From a virus (lineage: Duplodnaviria > Caudoviricetes), in the IMG/VR virus record IMGVR_UViG_3300032321_001527, positions 1 to 42,986 of that record: a stretch of DNA of 42,986 nt; one strand, 5' to 3'. Under the pieces are notes generated by a model that was given only the letters and a program-made list of their open reading frames with translations, did not search any database and was not told the origin of the DNA. Each line of letters opens with the position of its first letter. Position 1 is the stretch's first letter. Position numbers and translations under genes: made by a program. Below are positions 34,940-42,986 of this stretch, piece by piece.

Positions 34940-35011
34940 GCGACCTGCTATTCGCACGCGCGGGGGATGTCCACGAGGCGCTGCCGCTCAAGGGCATCGG
35001 CGGTCATGGCT

Positions 35012-37036
35012 TCATTTCGTCTCCTTCGGTTCCCAAGGCACCAACGTGCCAGCTTCGTTGCGCACTTCTTCTGCCTCCTTGTACCACCGGCGCATCAGCA
35101 CCGGCGCACACTTGATGGGGATGTCCGGCAGGTACAGCTTCATGCCCGCCGCCATGACCTCCGAGAGCCGCTCCGCTGCCGCAGCGGCTTGCTCCTCGGG
35201 GGCCTCGCCGATGAACTCGTCGTGGATGAACATGGTCAGCCGCGAGCCGTACAGCGGGCTCGTGCCCTTGCCCGTCCAGAGCGCGCTCCGGCCGGTGTAG
35301 CACTCCTGCGAGATGTAGAACATGGCCGCCTTGGCGCCGTCCGCGGCGAGGCCCTGAAAGTGGCTGTTGCATCCGTCGCAGTACCCAGCGCCGCCGCGCA
35401 GCCGGCCCGACCGGGGCTGCACCAGCGTGTACTGCCCGCCGCCCGCAGCTGCCGCCATGGACACCATGGCGAAGAACTCGCGCATCTCGGGCCAGCGAGA
35501 CAGCCAGCGGTTCTTGTACCCGCGGGCTGCGATGGTGGCCTCCTCCGGCGTGTCGCCAAACTTGACGCGGTAGGTGGCCCACGCCCAGGTACACAGGGTC
35601 TCAGGCCCGAGGCCACCGGGGAATCCGAAGTTGAGCGCCTTCGACATCTGCCGGGCGTCCTTCACCTCGGGGGTCTTGCGGCGCTCGTAGGCCTGCTCGT
35701 AGGTGATGTTCAGCAGGTCGGCCGCCATCTCCAGATGCAGGTCGCGCCCGGCTTGCAGCGCGCGGGCCATCTCGCTGTACCCGAACTGGTCGAGGCAGAC
35801 CTGCGCGAGCGCGCAGAGTTCGATGGTCGAGTAGTCGGCATTGATGAACATCCACCCGGGGCGCGGCACCACGCACTCCCGGTATCCGCCGACCCGTGGC
35901 AGGTTCTGCCAGTTCGGCCCCCACGCGCTCGTCCGGCCGGACTCCACGAGGACGTTCCACCCGCAGTTGATGGGCACCGAGACACCGTGCCGGAAGGCGG
36001 GGATGTACGTGGCGTGGTTGTGCTCGTCCGCGCTGATGGACGCCAGCGCCTGAAGGACGGGCACGCCATCGAGCACGCGCTGCTGCCCCTCCGCAGGGGC
36101 CGCCAGAAGCGTTTCCTTCGCGGTGGAGATGCCACCCTTCTCCGTGGTAGGGGGCGTGCGCCCGGCGCCAACGTAGGCCTCCTCAATCATCGTGCGCAGG
36201 CGCTTGACATCCTTGCTGCCATCCTTCGCGCGGAACAGCGCCACCTCGGGGTCGGTGAGCGCATCCCGCACGGCCTTCACGTTGTTCTCCAGCCGGGCCG
36301 CCAGCTCCTCGACCGTGGTGTGGTCGGTGCGGACACCCCACACGCCCATGAGGTGCAGGCAGAAGGCCGCAGCGGCCTGCTCCTGCTCGTTGATGACGAG
36401 GCCCGTCGAGGCGTCGACCACCTGCGCAAACGCCGCGTCGCTGCACTGGGCGCACCACAGCAGGTAGGTACGCTCGGCGTCACCGATGGCGTAGTCGCGG
36501 GCCTCCGCGGGCCACTGCGCCACGGGGATGCCGTCCAGCTCGTGGTAGCGCAGCCGCCACGCGTCGGGGTTGTTCTTGTCCTCGGACAGGTCAATCTTGA
36601 ACCGCTTGTCGAAGATGGCCGCCATGGAGAACTTCGTCTGGCGCTTCGACCCCGAGGACATGTCGGTGGTGAAGTCGCCCAGGCTCAGGCGGATGAGCTT
36701 CTCGCGGATGCCGGTGTCGGACACGCGGCCCTGGTCGTACGCGTCGAAGATGAGCGGCAGCAGGCTCGGCCGGTACGCCGCCAGCACCGCCATGTCGTAG
36801 GCGATGTTGTGCCCGACGAGGCGATACTCGGGCAGCTGCAGCACGGCTTCCAGCGCAGCGGCGCCGGGCTCGGCGTTCAGCAGCACGCCACGGGGGTGGT
36901 TGTCCGGAAACGGCCCGTCGCTCGGTACAGGCATGGAATCGGCGGCGACGTAGCTGACGCACACCAGCGGCGGGGCCAGCAGGCCTGGCCGGATGAGGTG
37001 CGTTTCGGTGTCGAACACGAACAGCGGCTGGCTCAT
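35012..37036 (-). CDS. polA: DNA polymerase, family A, with 3'-5' exonuclease
   Basis: ExoI FDTET, ExoII GHNIAYD, ExoIII YAIGDA; motif A ADYSTIEL, motif B RQMSKALNFG, motif C IHDE; AGGAG RBS before ATG 37036. Confidence 0.95.
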   Translation of the reverse strand: MSQPLFVFDTETHLIRPGLLAPPLVCVSYVAADSMPVPSDGPFPDNHPRGVLLNAEPGAAALEAVLQLPEYRLVGHNIAYDMAVLAAYRPSLLPLIFDAYDQGRVSDTGIREKLIRLSLGDFTTDMSSGSKRQTKFSMAAIFDKRFKIDLSEDKNNPDAWRLRYHELDGIPVAQWPAEARDYAIGDAERTYLLWCAQCSDAAFAQVVDASTGLVINEQEQAAAAFCLHLMGVWGVRTDHTTVEELAARLENNVKAVRDALTDPEVALFRAKDGSKDVKRLRTMIEEAYVGAGRTPPTTEKGGISTAKETLLAAPAEGQQRVLDGVPVLQALASISADEHNHATYIPAFRHGVSVPINCGWNVLVESGRTSAWGPNWQNLPRVGGYRECVVPRPGWMFINADYSTIELCALAQVCLDQFGYSEMARALQAGRDLHLEMAADLLNITYEQAYERRKTPEVKDARQMSKALNFGFPGGLGPETLCTWAWATYRVKFGDTPEEATIAARGYKNRWLSRWPEMREFFAMVSMAAAAGGGQYTLVQPRSGRLRGGAGYCDGCNSHFQGLAADGAKAAMFYISQECYTGRSALWTGKGTSPLYGSRLTMFIHDEFIGEAPEEQAAAAAERLSEVMAAGMKLYLPDIPIKCAPVLMRRWYKEAEEVRNEAGTLVPWEPKETK

Positions 37037-37054
37037 TGAGTTACTCTCTCCTAC

Positions 37055-37103
37055 AAAAAGACGACGCCCCGGTATGCGCACCTGCACTGCGCATACCGGG
37101 GCG
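37055..37103 (-). terminator. Rho-independent terminator between the SSB-like gene and the polymerase gene
   Basis: Perfect 16-bp stem CGCCCCGGTATGCGCA/TGCGCATACCGGGGCG followed by TCGTCTTTTT on the minus strand. Confidence 0.85.
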
Positions 37104-37115
37104 AAGCCTACTCGG

Positions 37116-37586
37116 TCAGATGACCGGGAAGAACTCGATGACGGTGAAGTCGTTGCCGGCCTTGGTCTTGGTGCCCTTGGTGCGGGCCTCGACGCGCACG
37201 CCCTTGGCAGCGGTGCCCGGCAGCGCGCCGGTGATGGTCGGGTGCGCCAGCATGAGCGCCTCGGCCTCGGCCTCGCCGATGTCGGACGGATTCACGGGCG
37301 AGCCGTTCATCGTGCCGTACAGCGCGACGAAGACCTTCTTGACGTTGCCGAGGAAGTTGGCCTTGCCCTTGCCGTAGTTGCCGCAGTAGTAGTTGACCTC
37401 GTCGCCGGGGCGCTGCGACTCAGCGCTGGTCTCGATGATCTTGAAGCTGGCGATGAAGTGCTCGTCGCCGCCAAACGTGGTGCCGGTCTCAAGCTGGAGC
37501 AGCTCCAGCACGTAGCGGGCGTTCGGCTCCATGTAGGTGCCGCGCTTGGTGTAGGTGGCGTCCTTGAGGTTCTTGAAGAGTCCCAT
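37116..37586 (-). CDS. Putative single-stranded DNA-binding protein (156 aa)
   Basis: Next to polA, with its own promoter and terminator and very strong codon bias; beta-rich OB-like pattern ending TKAGNDFTVIEF. Function inferred from context. Confidence 0.55.
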   Translation of the reverse strand: MGLFKNLKDATYTKRGTYMEPNARYVLELLQLETGTTFGGDEHFIASFKIIETSAESQRPGDEVNYYCGNYGKGKANFLGNVKKVFVALYGTMNGSPVNPSDIGEAEAEALMLAHPTITGALPGTAAKGVRVEARTKGTKTKAGNDFTVIEFFPVI

Positions 37587-37645
37587 TGTCGTTCTCACTG
37601 TGGTTGATGGTTGGTCTTGCTGCCGAGGTCGCCCTCGGTGTTGTA

Positions 37646-37674
37646 ACTCTAAGGGCGCGGCGTCCGTCTGTCAA
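37646..37674 (-). promoter_or_regulatory. Sigma70-type promoter TTGACA-N17-TAGAGT
   Basis: Consensus -35, 17-bp spacer, upstream of the SSB-like gene. Confidence 0.75.
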
Positions 37675-37978
37675 CCATCTCGACGCGAAGATTTTTGCGT
37701 CGCAGGTCTCGGCAGTCGCCGTTGTCGTGCCACACACGCTGCTCGCGCGTGGCGCCAAGCAGGTGCCGCGACAGGTACAGCGTCGTCCGGGGGATGCCGA
37801 CATGCGTGCAGAGCCGGCCGTGCCGGCCCATGCACCAGTGGTGCTGCTCCACCAGCTCGAGGTCGGCGAGGTCGAACACGTAAATGACGAACTTGTCGAG
37901 CGCGCCGGGCCACGGCAGGTGCAGCTCTCCGTGGGTGCCGGCGAGGTGGATGCGGTTGGGGTGACGAGGGCGGCTCAT
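37649..37978 (-). CDS. Degenerate HNH endonuclease-like protein
   Basis: DLADLELV..HHW...LSRHLL..VWHDNGDCRDLRRKNLR resembles HNH_3-type LHR..VDHINGxxxDNRxxNLR. Confidence 0.7.
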   Translation of the reverse strand: MSRPRHPNRIHLAGTHGELHLPWPGALDKFVIYVFDLADLELVEQHHWCMGRHGRLCTHVGIPRTTLYLSRHLLGATREQRVWHDNGDCRDLRRKNLRVEMVDRRTPRP

Positions 37979-39708
37979 TCTTCTTCCTCGGACACGGGGT
38001 GCGTCCAGGTTCCGTAGTTGACCTTCTGCGCGGTGGCCAGAGTGGCCTCGATGTACCGAGCGTCGGTGCGCGACCGACGCAGGGCGTTGCGTGCCTGCGG
38101 CGTGTGGGCCGGGTACTCCACGACAACTTCGTCGGCGAGCTGCCCCGGCCGGTGCATGCGGCCGACGAGCTGCTCGACCACCGTGCCCGACGACGGCCAG
38201 TTCACTACAAGCGAGTGGGCGAAGCGTTGCAGGTTCTTGCCGGTGCCATGCGCGGTGATGGACGCGGCCAGCACAGAGTCCCGGGCCGTCTGCGGGTCAC
38301 GCCCGGGGCCATACACCGGCAGGCCGAGCGCGCCGAGCGCCTCCCCGAGCGCGGTGTGTTCGTACCAGACGATGCCCGGCTCCTTCTTGGCCAGCCGCTC
38401 CAGCGCCCACTCGCCCGCCCAGCGCACCAAGAAGTCGCTGAGCCACACCGCGCGCGTCGGGGGGCGCGGCCGGTCTTTCACGCCGCACCACGCCACGTAG
38501 GCCTCCGCGGCCTCCGAGTCGCGCAGGGTGCCGCGCGCCACGCCGAGCGCCACGCGCATCGGGGAGTCGTACTGCGGGTCATTCCGCTTGAGCAGGCGCC
38601 GCACCGCCTTGTGCCACGACGCGCGCTTCTCCATCCACTCCTCGTCCACGATGCCGTCCGGCCAGTCCCACACGTAGTAGAACCCCGACGACATCTGCGA
38701 CTCGACCCGGTAGACCTCCAGGGCAGAGACCAGCTCCTCGCCGTCCGGCCGACACCATGTCTGGCGCAGGTCGAGGCGCGCCTCGCGGATGGCGTCGGGC
38801 TCCTCCAAGGAGCGCTCGCGGAAGTACAGCGATACACCCAGCTGCGACTCGTCGCTGGCCACCACGCCGAAGCTGGAGCGGAACCGGGTCATGAACGCAT
38901 CGCGCCCGCGGGCCTTGCGGTTCTCGTCGTAGAACTCTTCCCACTCGGGCAGCATCGGGGCGAACACGCGCCAATCGCCGTCGCTGGGTCGGCCGTCTGC
39001 ATCGACGCAGTTCGCCCACGCCAGCAGCTCGCCGAGGTCGAGGGGGAGCGGGGCGTTCGGCCCGAGGGCCAGCTCCGCCAGGTGCGCGTAGTCCCGCAGG
39101 CCGCGCTTCGTCAGCGTGCCCGACAGGTAGCAGTGCCGGGTCTCAGGGAACGCCCGCGAGTAGCGCAGCAGGCGCTTTGTCCGGGTACTCTCCGGGTGGC
39201 GCAGGTTGTGCGCTTCGTCCCCGATGATGAGGTCGGGCTGGTAGCGGTTGAGGAAGTCGGCGCCGGACGCCACCGACAGGGCCGAGTACGTCAGCACTTT
39301 GAGGTTCGTTGCCACGTTGAAGTGCGGCTTGAACTTCCGGTACTCCATGTGGAAGGTCTCCAGCAGGTTCGCTGGGAGCAGGAGCAGCGGGCGCCGGGAG
39401 CGCAGTGCGTGCGGCAAAAGCATGGTCAGCAGGCCTTTGCCGCCGCCGACGCCCACGGGGCCGATGAGGCCGCCGGTGCGCTCAGCATGCCACAGGCCGC
39501 TGCTTTGGATGGGGCGCAACGACCACGCCCCCGTCGCCGACCGATAGCGCTCGGTCAGGTCAGGGGGCGTGTCGGTGCAGGACGGCAGAGCCATGACCCG
39601 CGCAGTCTCCGAGGCATGGTCGGACGGCGAGGCCGCTACGCGGAGCGCCTCGTACTCCTGCTGCCTGGCGAGCGCGGCGCGCGGGTCAAAGCTCACAGGT
39701 GCAGCCAC
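37975..39708 (-). CDS. Superfamily 2 (SNF2-like) helicase
   Basis: LRPIQ, VGVGGGKG, IIGDEAH, LSGT, EQLVGRMHRPGQ. Confidence 0.9.
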   Translation of the reverse strand: MAAPVSFDPRAALARQQEYEALRVAASPSDHASETARVMALPSCTDTPPDLTERYRSATGAWSLRPIQSSGLWHAERTGGLIGPVGVGGGKGLLTMLLPHALRSRRPLLLLPANLLETFHMEYRKFKPHFNVATNLKVLTYSALSVASGADFLNRYQPDLIIGDEAHNLRHPESTRTKRLLRYSRAFPETRHCYLSGTLTKRGLRDYAHLAELALGPNAPLPLDLGELLAWANCVDADGRPSDGDWRVFAPMLPEWEEFYDENRKARGRDAFMTRFRSSFGVVASDESQLGVSLYFRERSLEEPDAIREARLDLRQTWCRPDGEELVSALEVYRVESQMSSGFYYVWDWPDGIVDEEWMEKRASWHKAVRRLLKRNDPQYDSPMRVALGVARGTLRDSEAAEAYVAWCGVKDRPRPPTRAVWLSDFLVRWAGEWALERLAKKEPGIVWYEHTALGEALGALGLPVYGPGRDPQTARDSVLAASITAHGTGKNLQRFAHSLVVNWPSSGTVVEQLVGRMHRPGQLADEVVVEYPAHTPQARNALRRSRTDARYIEATLATAQKVNYGTWTHPVSEEEE

Positions 39709-39809
39709 AGCATGATGGCGCCGCCGAGGCCCATGCCCACCAGCAGACAGCCAAGCCCGAAGGCCAGCGTCAGGGAGGACATGGCGTTGTGGAACCGCTC
39801 ACCGGGCAT
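39693..39809 (-). CDS. Small membrane protein (~38 aa)
   Basis: Hydrophobic LTLAFGLGCLLVGMGLGGAIMLWL; fills the gap between genes; start uncertain. Confidence 0.45.
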   Translation of the reverse strand: MPGERFHNAMSSLTLAFGLGCLLVGMGLGGAIMLWLHL

Positions 39810-40446
39810 AGCTGGTGCTGCCGGTCTTGCGGTACGTGCGCGGGTCGGGGTTGGCGCCGGGGTTCTTGAGGTGGCGCACCATCTCCTCGTACCACTTCGC
39901 CTTCTCCGCATCGCCCTTGGCGTCCCCCTTGGCGCCGGCGCGGTCGCGGTACTTGAGGACGTTGCCCTCGCAGTACGCCAAGAACCGCTGGTCGCCCAGC
40001 ATGTCCCGGATGTGGTCGATGGTCTCGCGGCCGTCCGGGCGCTGGGTGTAGCGCGCCGGCGCCTCGCCGAACCCGGTGGACTCGCGCGCCGCCAGCCCGT
40101 CGAGGCCGGTGCGGAACAGCGGCACCTGCGGGGTAGGCTCCTCGGGGGTCTCAGCCCAATCGTAGTCGAGGCTGAGTCGAACCATGGCCCGGTCGCGCGC
40201 CACCTCGGCAGCGTCGCGCATCTGGCCCAGCTTCGCGCCTTCCAGCAGCACGGGAAGGATTTCGCTGCGGAACGCCAGCGGCACGGTGTTCTGCTCCAGC
40301 ACCTCTGCGAACGTGGCGAACGTGTCGAGGGTCATCGTCCGCGCCTGGACGAACGCCCGGAAGGCCTCGCGGATGTTGCTGGCCTTCTGCTGCGTGTGCC
40401 TGTTCTCCCCGCTGGTCAGCAGGTCGCGCAGGTTCGACTTGATCAT
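39799..40446 (-). CDS. DUF3310-domain protein (T7 gp1.7 nucleotide-kinase-like family)
   Basis: PARY...GRETIDHI...YCEGNVLKYRDRAGAKG...DAEKAKWY; ATGA overlap. Confidence 0.85.
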   Translation of the reverse strand: MIKSNLRDLLTSGENRHTQQKASNIREAFRAFVQARTMTLDTFATFAEVLEQNTVPLAFRSEILPVLLEGAKLGQMRDAAEVARDRAMVRLSLDYDWAETPEEPTPQVPLFRTGLDGLAARESTGFGEAPARYTQRPDGRETIDHIRDMLGDQRFLAYCEGNVLKYRDRAGAKGDAKGDAEKAKWYEEMVRHLKNPGANPDPRTYRKTGSTSYAR

Positions 40447-42248
40447 CGCACACCCCGGACGACCAGCTTGGCGAGGGGCAGCAGAACCTCCATGGCCCAG
40501 CGGCTGATGGGCAGGCTGCTGTCCACGAGGATGAGCCCGGCCGGGGGGTTCATGAGCAGCAGCGCGGCGACCAGTTTCTCGCCCTCGTTGTACGCGGGCA
40601 GGCTGTAGTGCTCAACCTTCTTCTTCTCGCACACCATCTGCATCATGGGGGCGAGGTACTCGGTCAGCTCGACGGCGTCATCGAAGCCCTTGGCCGGGCG
40701 GCAGTCCACAAACAGCATCAGCGGGCCGCGGTCGGCGCGCTCCGCGGTCTCGACCTGCTCGTCCATGGGCGCGGCGACGGGGGCCACGACCGGCGCCGGC
40801 GCGGGGGCCGGTGCGGGCGCAGGCTTGGCCTTGACCACCGGGGCGGGCGCGGGCTCCACGACCTTGCGCCGGGCGTGCAGCAGGATGTCGCGCAGCGTGT
40901 CGTCGGACATGGTGTTGAGCTCGTGCTCGGTGTAGCCCAGCTCCAGACCCATCTCCAGCGCCTCGTTGCTGTTGAGGTCGATGTCGATGTCGCCGTCCTT
41001 CGGCTTGGCAGTGGTGCGCTTGGGGGCCGCGGCCACGACGGGCTCGGGCGCGAACGTCTTGCGCACGCCGCTGTCCAGCACCTCGTGCATCTGCGTGTTG
41101 CTCATGGCCGCGATGTCGGTGGGGCTGTAGCCCAGCGCCTTGAGGCGGGGCTCGGCGTTGCGGGGGCGACGGGCCGAGGCCGGCGTGTTCAGCGTGGGGA
41201 ACTCCTGCACGGTGTGGACAGGGGCGTCCTCCTCGACGGGCAGGCCGACCTTGGCCTTGATGGCCGCAGCCAGGCCGGCGTCCATGGTGGCGCTGGCCGC
41301 GTCCGGGGGGTTGACCTGGCCGGGCGAGGACAGCTTCGCGCGCAGCTTGGCGGCGATGTCGTCGGTGGTGGCCACGACGGCGGGGGCCGCGGCGACGGTG
41401 GCGGCGGTGGTGTTGGTGGCCTTCTGCTGGGCGGCGAGCTTTTCGAGGAGAGTCATGTTGGTTCCTTCTTGACTGTTGGTGTTGGGGGTTGACATGGAAC
41501 GCATGGCCGAACACTTGTCGGCGTGGGGGCAACCCCCGAACGCCTTGCATGCCGACCATGTGGGAGTAACTCTATCAGGGGACGGAAGTTCTGCAACCTC
41601 TTGCATCGAACGAACTGTGTTCTGAATGCCCGTCCACTGCGTTTCAATCTCATCGAGGTCCATCCACGCCGGCCCGACGACGACGGCCTCGGGGGCCTCG
41701 GGGGGCTTGAGCATGGCAACGTGGCCGACGCCGACGAGGGACGGGGGCTTGCCGTACTGGCGCTCGTGCAGGATAGAAGTGGCCTTGGCGTACAGGGACA
41801 TCTGCACATCGAGGCGCAGCTCGTCGGTGGTCTTGACCCACTTCTTGGCCTTCGTGGACTTGAAGTCCCAGACGATGGGCCGGTCTTCCTTCATGTAGCA
41901 GACGTCCATGAAGCCCACGCCGGGCACGCCGTCCACCTCAAGGATGGTGGCGTCGGTGTCGAGCAGGCCCTTGACCCGGGTGTCGCGCCCGATGGGGTAC
42001 TCGACCAGGGTGGTGCGGTGGTTGGGCTTCGGGAACAGCGGGTCGCCGATGCCGGCCACGACGCGCGTGACGGCCGACATGCCCGCCGTCGAGCCGGTCT
42101 TCATGTAGACCTCGCACTCCTCGGCGTAGCGCTTGCCGTCCTCCAGCGCGGCCGTCACCGGCTCGGGCAGGTTCATGACGTTCTTGAAGTACCACTTCCT
42201 CGCACAGAGGCGGAAGCTGGAGACCTGCGATGCTGACCAGTGCTTCAT
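40443..42248 (-). CDS. PD-(D/E)XK Cas4/RecB-like exonuclease with long C-terminal extension
   Basis: WSASQ..F.LC.RKWYF, GFMD, WDFKST, QMSLYA and C-terminal C..FGGCP...C Fe-S-type cysteines; ATG at 42248. Confidence 0.85.
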   Translation of the reverse strand: MKHWSASQVSSFRLCARKWYFKNVMNLPEPVTAALEDGKRYAEECEVYMKTGSTAGMSAVTRVVAGIGDPLFPKPNHRTTLVEYPIGRDTRVKGLLDTDATILEVDGVPGVGFMDVCYMKEDRPIVWDFKSTKAKKWVKTTDELRLDVQMSLYAKATSILHERQYGKPPSLVGVGHVAMLKPPEAPEAVVVGPAWMDLDEIETQWTGIQNTVRSMQEVAELPSPDRVTPTWSACKAFGGCPHADKCSAMRSMSTPNTNSQEGTNMTLLEKLAAQQKATNTTAATVAAAPAVVATTDDIAAKLRAKLSSPGQVNPPDAASATMDAGLAAAIKAKVGLPVEEDAPVHTVQEFPTLNTPASARRPRNAEPRLKALGYSPTDIAAMSNTQMHEVLDSGVRKTFAPEPVVAAAPKRTTAKPKDGDIDIDLNSNEALEMGLELGYTEHELNTMSDDTLRDILLHARRKVVEPAPAPVVKAKPAPAPAPAPAPVVAPVAAPMDEQVETAERADRGPLMLFVDCRPAKGFDDAVELTEYLAPMMQMVCEKKKVEHYSLPAYNEGEKLVAALLLMNPPAGLILVDSSLPISRWAMEVLLPLAKLVVRGVR

Positions 42249-42986
42249 GACTTGCTCTCGTTGACTGTCGTTAGAGTTACTGCTCCGACACACTTTGTCA
42301 ATGCGCTTTCCGATCCACTGCATGACCGGCACGGCCATGGAGTTGCCGAGCGCTCGATAGCGGTTGGAGTCGCTCGACTCCGCCTTACGGTAGGGAATGA
42401 GGGTGTAGTCGTCGGGGAAGCCCTGGAGCCGCTCGCACTCGCGGGGGGTGAGGCGACGGACGGCCATATTTTGAACGATGACAGTACCGCCTTGATGCGA
42501 CGGTTCAGACCCGCATCCGGTTGTAAGGGTGCGCGATGTGTCCTGCTGTGCCACATAGAGATCATCCTTGGTCTGATCACCGCATCCTTTACGTCCGGGG
42601 GAAAGGCTGTAGGCGACATGGGGGGCTGCGTCCCCGCCCAGCGCCACGTTCTGCAGATCGACCGACCAGACATGCGCGACGTACTCGCGCTCCCCGCCCT
42701 GCCGCGACCCGGGCCCCTTGTAGTAGTGGGCGTCGAGGGGGCCTGCGATCTCCCCCTGCGCGACCGTCTGCTCCTCCGTCCCCGGGTGCGGCACCAGCAC
42801 GCCGATCTCGACCTTCTTGTAGTCCTCGGCCATGACCGGCGGCTGGCCGACGCAGTTGTGCATCCGGAAGGTGTTGCCCTCGTGCGTGTAGGTCTTCCCC
42901 TCGTTCGCGGAGATCGGATCGGCCACGACCCCGTCGCCCGTGAACACCGGCGTGTCCTGATCGCCCCGGTCGGCGTCGGCCGACAG
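42249..42986 (-). CDS. C-terminal part of a C5 cytosine DNA methyltransferase (5'-truncated by the window edge; no stop before the nuclease)
   Basis: Motifs IX/X VRRLTPRECERLQGFPDDYT and RYRALGNSMAVPVMQWIG; frame open to base 42986. Confidence 0.88.

Noticed and set aside
19128-37039. Very long opposite-strand ORFs (19128..22643, 22659..26375, 26844..29012, 34547..37039 and similar)
   Set aside because: Shadow ORFs expected from high GC3 codon bias on the real strand; no RBS or recognisable motifs.
1-42986. Window as a complete circularly permuted genome
   Set aside because: Joining the ends would not supply the missing methyltransferase catalytic motifs, and no primase is present, so the genome extends beyond the window.

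Overview
A high-GC tailed dsDNA bacteriophage (Caudoviricetes) genome segment, probably podovirus-like: there is no recognisable tape-measure gene, tail-tube gene or tail chaperones, but there are P22/T7-style tail-hub and ejection genes. It is cut through genes at both ends. (i) 1-3.0 kb is an early/accessory region of small genes plus a GP88-family Cys-motif protein, with four near-identical sigma70-type promoters, two kinds of repeated stem-loop elements showing compensatory base changes, and strong local GGGTAG enrichment. (ii) 3.1-3.55 kb is a non-coding AT-rich island with three 33-bp tandem hairpin repeats and a ~100-bp near-perfect palindrome directly upstream of the terminase genes. 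(iii) 3.6-34.5 kb on the + strand is the morphogenesis and lysis arm: TerS, TerL, portal, scaffold, major capsid, cement, tail adaptor/hub, three ejection proteins including a 2834-aa giant, fibres, holin and an M15 peptidase endolysin. (iv) 34.5-43 kb on the - strand is the replication arm: a Dps/ferritin-like protein, family A DNA polymerase, SSB-like protein, degenerate HNH, SF2 helicase, DUF3310 protein, and one stop-free frame joining a C5 cytosine methyltransferase C-terminus, a Cas4/RecB-like nuclease and a third module with its own RBS. No integrase, primase, RNA polymerase, tRNA or CRISPR array was seen. All family calls come from motif recognition by eye; no database searches were run.
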